Shown here in pieces: positions 54,384 to 59,253 of a stretch of 59,253 nt of DNA (within the stretch, counting starts at the first letter, position 1; each line of letters opens with the position of its first letter). This DNA comes from Gemmatimonadota bacterium (GTDB taxonomy: Bacteria; Gemmatimonadota; Gemmatimonadetes; Longimicrobiales; Gaopeijiaceae): NCBI GenBank assembly GCA_007124095.1, contig SLFU01000209.1, positions 1 to 59,253 of the forward strand, given 5' to 3'. Below the pieces are notes generated by a model. That model searched no databases and was not told the DNA's origin. It saw only the letters and a list, made by a program, of their open reading frames with translations. A program made the position numbers and the translations under genes.

Positions 54384-55121
54384 ATGTCAGAGACTGATCG
54401 ACCAAGCGAAGGGGAGAAACAGCGGGCCAGGGAGATCGCCGCCCGAGTCCAATACCTGCGCGTCCACGGGCTCGGGATCGAGTCCTTCGACGCCTTTTAC
54501 GACCGCTTGACCACAGGCCTTTCTCCGGAGGAATCGGAGCAGTTCCCGAGCCGCCTGCAAGCGGAGCAATTCGAGGTCGACCAAGAGCCGCCCCCGCTCT
54601 ATATCGGTCGAATCGTAGAGGTGTTCGGCGTCACCTGGCAGTGGTTGGTTCGGGGAACCGGTGATGTGACCTTGGTTCGCGAGAAACCGCCGCAGTCGCC
54701 CCCTGCCGATGATGGTGACGAGATGCAGAGGGACAGGGTCGTGGAAGTGATTGCCGGAGAATTTCCATCCTATCACCGGGTTTCCCCACTGATCCAGAAC
54801 GCCCTGCATGAAGCCGTGGTCCGCCGCATCGACGAAGAGTTCGGCCAGGACGAGACTCCAACCAGAAACGCCTATCTCCAGGCGGCCCTGGATATCGGGA
54901 AGGTGCTCCAGTTTCCCGTGTCGCGACTGCGGCCAGGAGGACGCATCGACGACTGGGTTCAAGTCGAAGCCTATGTTCTGGCCCTGTGTCAGGCCATCCT
55001 CACCATCCTCCCCACGGAAGAGCAAAGTGAGGAAATCCGGCAACGAAGGAAGGACCCGCAGTGGGAGAGCACGGGCCCGGATCAGTTCAGAGGCCGAGAC
55101 TCAGCGTATGGGAATACTTGA
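54384..55121 (+). CDS. hypothetical protein with a possible N-terminal HTH
   Basis: LYIGRIVEVFGVTWQWLVRGTG resembles the end of a Cro/C1-type HTH. The rest is unrecognisable. It is preceded by an AT-richer promoter-like stretch, and its 3' end overlaps the convergent gene by 35 nt. Confidence 0.55.
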   Translation: MSETDRPSEGEKQRAREIAARVQYLRVHGLGIESFDAFYDRLTTGLSPEESEQFPSRLQAEQFEVDQEPPPLYIGRIVEVFGVTWQWLVRGTGDVTLVREKPPQSPPADDGDEMQRDRVVEVIAGEFPSYHRVSPLIQNALHEAVVRRIDEEFGQDETPTRNAYLQAALDIGKVLQFPVSRLRPGGRIDDWVQVEAYVLALCQAILTILPTEEQSEEIRQRRKDPQWESTGPDQFRGRDSAYGNT

Positions 55122-57381
55122 GAACCAGGCTGCGCTCGGAACTGAAGGGTCGAACGGGATCGAAGGAGTGACGATCGGTGACCAGTCCCTCATCCCACAC
55201 CAAATAGAAGTCGTTGCCTTCACGGGGATTATAGCGGAGGCGCAGGTTGGCGATCACGGCCCGATGAGCACTGTTGTACTGTACAAAGACCATGCCCGAG
55301 GTGACGGTTGAGAGCTGGAAATCGGTACGCATCCGGACGACATGCGCGGTGAAGCTCTCGTTCCGCTCGGGAAACTCCACATACTCGAGACCGTAGCTTG
55401 TGTTCATGCTCAGGTGAATCGACGGGTTCCAGTTTGGCCCGAGCGACGCCGAGGCCCTCCGGCCGTCGTAGAAGCCTCCTCCTTCCAGGCTGGCGTTGAT
55501 GCCTGAGAGGGAGCCCATCGAGGACCGGTACTGGAGCCGACCCGACACGAATCGGTAGACCTCCCCACCCGGTACACTCGTCCCCTCCGGAAGGGAAAAC
55601 CCGGTCTCCAGGTTTTCGTAGCGCCCATCCAGACTGAAAATGAGCCGATTTCCACCTCTCGTCTCGACCTCGGCGGTGGGCGTCACCTCGACCGTCTCCA
55701 CCGTACGATCCGAATTCCTCCGGAATACCGTCCCGCTCAGGCTCATGGCGTATCGAAGAAGGGAGGACTCGGATCCCAGACGCCGGCCGTACCCGATCTC
55801 GGCGTCCCCCTTGAGAAAGTCCCGGCGCCTCAGGAACCCCATTCCAGGCTCGAAGGCTTCACCGGCGCGGACAAGATCCAGGAGATAGGTCAGCTCATCC
55901 TCTCCCCTCCGCTCCCAGTTCAGTCGCAGGAGTCCACGATTGAAAGGATTCCCTCCACTCCCCATCGACGCCTCATCGTCTTCGAAGCTCTGAGCCAAAT
56001 TCAGCGTCAGGTAGTCGTCCCCGGCTATCCGAAAGATCCCATCCAGCCCGTAGACCAGATTGTAGCGTCCCGCCGACGCAATCCGACTCGTGACAATCCC
56101 TCCAACATAGGAATAGGGATTCCACACCCTTCGTCGGACTCTCACCACTCCCTGATTCTCAGAGGGAAGCAGCTCCGACTCCGCCGTATGCATATTCAGG
56201 AGACCGACATCCCACTCGCCGACCCGACCCACCAGCCGGGCTCCCCCGTATATCCGGACCGGCTCTCCTTCTGCCAGCCCCACTCGCCTCGAGTGGAAGA
56301 GCCGCTCCTGATCTCCGAGCGAATATTCGAAGGCCGCCTCTCGTTCCTGGAAGAAACGGCGCTTCTCTGGGAAGAAGAGTGAGAATCGGGTGAGATTCAG
56401 CCTCTGATCATCCGCCTCCACCTGAGCGAAGTCGGTATTGACCGTGAGATCCAGAGTGAGGTTCGAGGTGATCCCGTACTTTAGATCTCCCCCGATCTCG
56501 CCAACGGCGGTGGAGTGGCGTTCATATTCCGCCTCGACGCCATCCAGGGCATGGGAGTAAGATGTGCCCAGGAGGCTGTAGGGAGTGATGTGTACGGGCT
56601 TGACCTCCTGGAGGTCCTCAAACACGACCTTTCGCATCTGGGTCGGTTTGGTATGGCTGAAATTTCCCCATCGCGGAGGAATCTCCGGATAGATATGCCG
56701 CTCGTTCTTGCGGGGAATACTGCGCAGCATTGACAGTCCCATCACCACGCGACCGTCTTCATCCGTCTGAAAGAGTAAACTTGAAAAGGGGATCCGAAAC
56801 TCGGCATGCCACCCCTCCTCATCACGCACGACCTCCACGTCCCAGTAGGTGTCCCAGTCCATATTCCAGACCACCCCATCGTTCCGATGCGCCACGTCGG
56901 TCCGAACCCCGGCCGGGGTCGTGATAAAGCCCAGCGAATTCTCCTCATCATTCAAGGTGTCGAGGTAGATCATGCAGCGGTCGCTGGTCCACCCGGCTTC
57001 GTTTCGGCTCAGGGATGAAATCTGGATACCGGAAGGGTCCGAATCGTACGCTCGACACGAAAAATAGAGGTACTCCCCATCGTAGGCGATCCGGAACTCA
57101 GTCCGCTCCGTCGGCTCTTCACCAAAGTCGGGGATCATCATCACCGCCGGAAGCGGCTCGATCGCCTCCCATACCTCTTTGTCCCTCCGCCCATCCAGAA
57201 CGAGAGGTTCCTCAATGCGGGGTATGGCTAGTAGGTCCTCCGCGTCGACTGGAAGGCTTTCGGAGTGCTGGCGGGCACTCAGGGGAGACGCACCAAGCAC
57301 CACCAGTACAGCCCACGCGACAATGAAACGCCGGATCTGCAAGAGTTCGGCGGCCTGGGGAGCCGTCGAACCTCGAGTCAT
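55087..57381 (-). CDS. CBM9-like domain plus large beta-rich domain protein (DUF5916-type outer-membrane protein)
   Basis: A signal peptide is present. LVLDGRRDKEVWEAIEPL..FRIAYDGEYLYFSCRAY fits the CBM9/DOMON-like N-terminus. About 550 aa of alternating beta-strand pattern follow, ending ..LVLKYSHTLSLGL. Confidence 0.7.
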   Translation of the reverse strand: MTRGSTAPQAAELLQIRRFIVAWAVLVVLGASPLSARQHSESLPVDAEDLLAIPRIEEPLVLDGRRDKEVWEAIEPLPAVMMIPDFGEEPTERTEFRIAYDGEYLYFSCRAYDSDPSGIQISSLSRNEAGWTSDRCMIYLDTLNDEENSLGFITTPAGVRTDVAHRNDGVVWNMDWDTYWDVEVVRDEEGWHAEFRIPFSSLLFQTDEDGRVVMGLSMLRSIPRKNERHIYPEIPPRWGNFSHTKPTQMRKVVFEDLQEVKPVHITPYSLLGTSYSHALDGVEAEYERHSTAVGEIGGDLKYGITSNLTLDLTVNTDFAQVEADDQRLNLTRFSLFFPEKRRFFQEREAAFEYSLGDQERLFHSRRVGLAEGEPVRIYGGARLVGRVGEWDVGLLNMHTAESELLPSENQGVVRVRRRVWNPYSYVGGIVTSRIASAGRYNLVYGLDGIFRIAGDDYLTLNLAQSFEDDEASMGSGGNPFNRGLLRLNWERRGEDELTYLLDLVRAGEAFEPGMGFLRRRDFLKGDAEIGYGRRLGSESSLLRYAMSLSGTVFRRNSDRTVETVEVTPTAEVETRGGNRLIFSLDGRYENLETGFSLPEGTSVPGGEVYRFVSGRLQYRSSMGSLSGINASLEGGGFYDGRRASASLGPNWNPSIHLSMNTSYGLEYVEFPERNESFTAHVVRMRTDFQLSTVTSGMVFVQYNSAHRAVIANLRLRYNPREGNDFYLVWDEGLVTDRHSFDPVRPFSSERSLVLKYSHTLSLGL

Positions 57382-57758
57382 GTCTCTTCGCGAAGCCAGT
57401 CGTAAATCGTTTCCAGCTCGGAGTCTGGCGCGAGATTCTCGCCGAAGGGAGGCATCGCTCCCATAGGCTCTCGGATGAATTTGATGAACTCCTCCAACGA
57501 CAGCTCGGTGTCCCTCAGCTCAGGGCCGACTCCACCCTCGCCGGACATCCCATGACATCCGGCACAGCCCAGGAATGTGATATAGAGATCCTCCGCGGAC
57601 GGGCCGGGAGCCTCCTGAGCCACACCATTTCCCGGAAGCGCAAGGAAGGACAGAACTGCCAAACATCCGAGAAGGCCCCAAAGTCCTTTCGGGCGAGAAC
57701 GCCCCGACGGGTCGCTCGCCACTTCTGAAGCCATAGTATATGCCCTGCCGTGCCCCAT
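57378..57758 (-). CDS. monohaem c-type cytochrome
   Basis: A signal peptide, the haem-binding site CAGCH, and a distal Met in GAMPPF. The stop overlaps the downstream start as ATGA. There is an alternative start at 57734. Confidence 0.8.
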   Translation of the reverse strand: MGHGRAYTMASEVASDPSGRSRPKGLWGLLGCLAVLSFLALPGNGVAQEAPGPSAEDLYITFLGCAGCHGMSGEGGVGPELRDTELSLEEFIKFIREPMGAMPPFGENLAPDSELETIYDWLREET

Positions 57759-57875
57759 GATATCTCCCTTGACCGGAGTGAAGATGTCGACTTCCCTCCC
57801 CCTCTGAAAGCTAGTCTCGCTTCAGGATCACAACAAGCATGCATCCCCTCTCGACGTTGCCCATCCGGCTGCCCT

Positions 57876-59253
57876 CTACGACGCCAGGATCAGCGGAATG
57901 AGAAGGGTGGCAGCTACGGATACGATCATGATTGTGATCAGATTCATCCAGATCCCGGCCTTCACCATCTGGGGAATGGTCAGATACCCCGAACCGAACA
58001 CGATCGCATTTGGAGGCGTGGCCACCGGAAGCATGAAGGCCATGGAAGCCGCCAGGGCCGCTGTTGCCATGAGGGTTAGAGGCTCAAAGCCAAGCCCGAC
58101 GGCCACGCCGGCCATGATGGGCATTGCCATCGTGGAGGTCGCGGTATTGGAAGTGATCTCGGTCAGAAAGACGAAGAGCGTGGCCACCATCGCCACGAGG
58201 ACGAACGCGGGAACCATGCCCAATGCGCCCACTCCGGACCCGATCCAACTGGCAAGTCCGGACTGATCCATGGCACGGGCCAGGGACAAGCCCCCGCCAA
58301 AGAGGACCAACACTCCCCAGGGGATTCGCTTGGCCGTAGGCCAGTCCAGTGCAAAGACCCCACGCTTTCGATCCACCGGGATGAGAAAAAGAGCGAGCGC
58401 TCCCGCCATCGCGATCGTACCATCCGTGACAAAGGGCATGAAGCTCTGGATCCCGGGAACGGTGAATCCATCGAAGACTTTTGGTTCTCGCATGATCCAA
58501 GCCAGAGCGGTGAGGGTGAAGACGATCCCCACGACCCTCTCACCTTGACTGGCACGACCCAGAGATTGGCGCTCTTCCATGATGAGTGCCTCGGCATTTC
58601 CGGACAGCTCTCCCGGACGATACAGAACCCAGACAAGCAGAAACCACGCCGCCGGAAGTGCGACAAGTGCGACGGGCACTCCCACCATCATCCACTGCAG
58701 AAATCCAACCTGGATTCCCAACATCTCGCTCGCCGCCCCTGCCATCACGGCGTTCGGAGGGGTTCCGATCAGCGTCGCCGCCCCCCCAATATTTGCGGCA
58801 TAGGCGGTCGCCAGCATCAGCGCAATCCCGAATGCGTAGGGGCCTTCCTTTCCTTCAGGACGGAACATGTCGCCAAGGGCCAGCCCGATGGGAAACATCA
58901 TCGCTGTTGCCGCGGTGTTCGAAATCCACATCGAGAGAAATGCGGTCGCAATCATGAATCCCAACACGAGCTGACGGGGACCCGCTCCGACCGCCGCGAC
59001 GATCCCGAGCGCAATCCGTCGATGGAGTCCCCAACGTTCCATGCAGAAGGCAATGAAGAAGCCTCCCATGAAGAGAAAGATCAGCTCATTGGCATAGGGT
59101 GCGGCGGCATTGGGCATCGTCAGGATACCCAGAGCCGGAAAGAAGACCAGAGGGACCAAAGACGTCGCGGGAATGGGGATGGCCTCCGTCATCCACCATA
59201 CCGCCATCAGAGTCGCGACCGCGGCCGTTCTCCAGCCCACTTCGGCCAGGCCC
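57876..59253 (-). CDS. DASS/SLC13-family anion:sodium symporter (N-terminus beyond the window)
   Basis: AVWWMTEAIPIPATSLVPLVFFP and the second hairpin motif SNTATSTMAMPI are present. The reading frame stays open upstream of the track start to the window edge (..GLAEVGWRT..). Confidence 0.85.
   Translation of the reverse strand, partial: GLAEVGWRTAAVATLMAVWWMTEAIPIPATSLVPLVFFPALGILTMPNAAAPYANELIFLFMGGFFIAFCMERWGLHRRIALGIVAAVGAGPRQLVLGFMIATAFLSMWISNTAATAMMFPIGLALGDMFRPEGKEGPYAFGIALMLATAYAANIGGAATLIGTPPNAVMAGAASEMLGIQVGFLQWMMVGVPVALVALPAAWFLLVWVLYRPGELSGNAEALIMEERQSLGRASQGERVVGIVFTLTALAWIMREPKVFDGFTVPGIQSFMPFVTDGTIAMAGALALFLIPVDRKRGVFALDWPTAKRIPWGVLVLFGGGLSLARAMDQSGLASWIGSGVGALGMVPAFVLVAMVATLFVFLTEITSNTATSTMAMPIMAGVAVGLGFEPLTLMATAALAASMAFMLPVATPPNAIVFGSGYLTIPQMVKAGIWMNLITIMIVSVAATLLIPLILAS

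Noticed and set aside
1-59253. CRISPR arrays, IS elements/transposases, integrases, prophage blocks, toxin-antitoxin or known defence-system genes
   Set aside because: I looked through all intergenic regions and all ORFs. I found no repeat-spacer arrays, no transposase/integrase/recombinase motifs and no terminal inverted repeats. The only repeats are the 3x14-nt array at 42248 and the bipartite motif pair at 16126/16255.

Overview
High-GC bacterial chromosomal segment, roughly two-thirds G+C by eye. The gene content resembles a Gemmatimonadota-like Gram-negative, but that taxon is only a guess. I support about 50 protein genes and found no rRNA, tRNA, CRISPR array or mobile element. From left to right the window holds: (1) a type IV pilin gene with a recognisable sigma-54 (-24/-12) promoter, followed by a sensor kinase and a sigma-54-dependent response regulator; (2) a second sigma-54 two-component module preceded by a DHp-only (HisKA without ATPase) protein and followed by a family-2 glycosyltransferase; (3) a 4xLysM cell-wall protein; (4) housekeeping genes (Fe/Mn SOD, BtpA, alanine/cation symporter, YtoQ, infA, psd, M28 peptidase, AddAB-type helicase-nuclease pair); (5) a sulfur-assimilation and sulfur-carrier-protein island (cysH, MoeZ-type E1 with rhodanese, TraR/DksA zinc finger, CbiX-CbiX-DR2241 fusion, cobA, ferredoxin, JAMM peptidase, MoaD/ThiS-like carrier ending GG-RE, ThrC-like PLP enzyme); (6) envelope and redox genes (two paralogous PQQ-type sugar dehydrogenases, LemA plus M48 peptidase, D-lactate dehydrogenase, orphan kinase, DUF305 plus LVIVD pair, VOC dioxygenase, penicillin/AHL-acylase family protein, cupredoxin lipoprotein, treZ, CBM9/DUF5916-like outer-membrane protein with a cytochrome c, DASS transporter). 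The most interesting signal is not in the ORF track. Both sulfur operons are preceded by a short ORF rich in Cys (and Cys/Met) codons, followed by a strong intrinsic terminator with a competing anti-terminator segment. This is the architecture of ribosome-mediated transcription attenuation, here apparently sensing cysteine (leader A: MKRAFTLCCAMCCCCQIPLRGGSGRCCA). Most long ORFs in the track that lie antisense to these genes are high-GC artefacts. Several track ORFs carry spurious N-terminal extensions, and I give trimmed starts for those.
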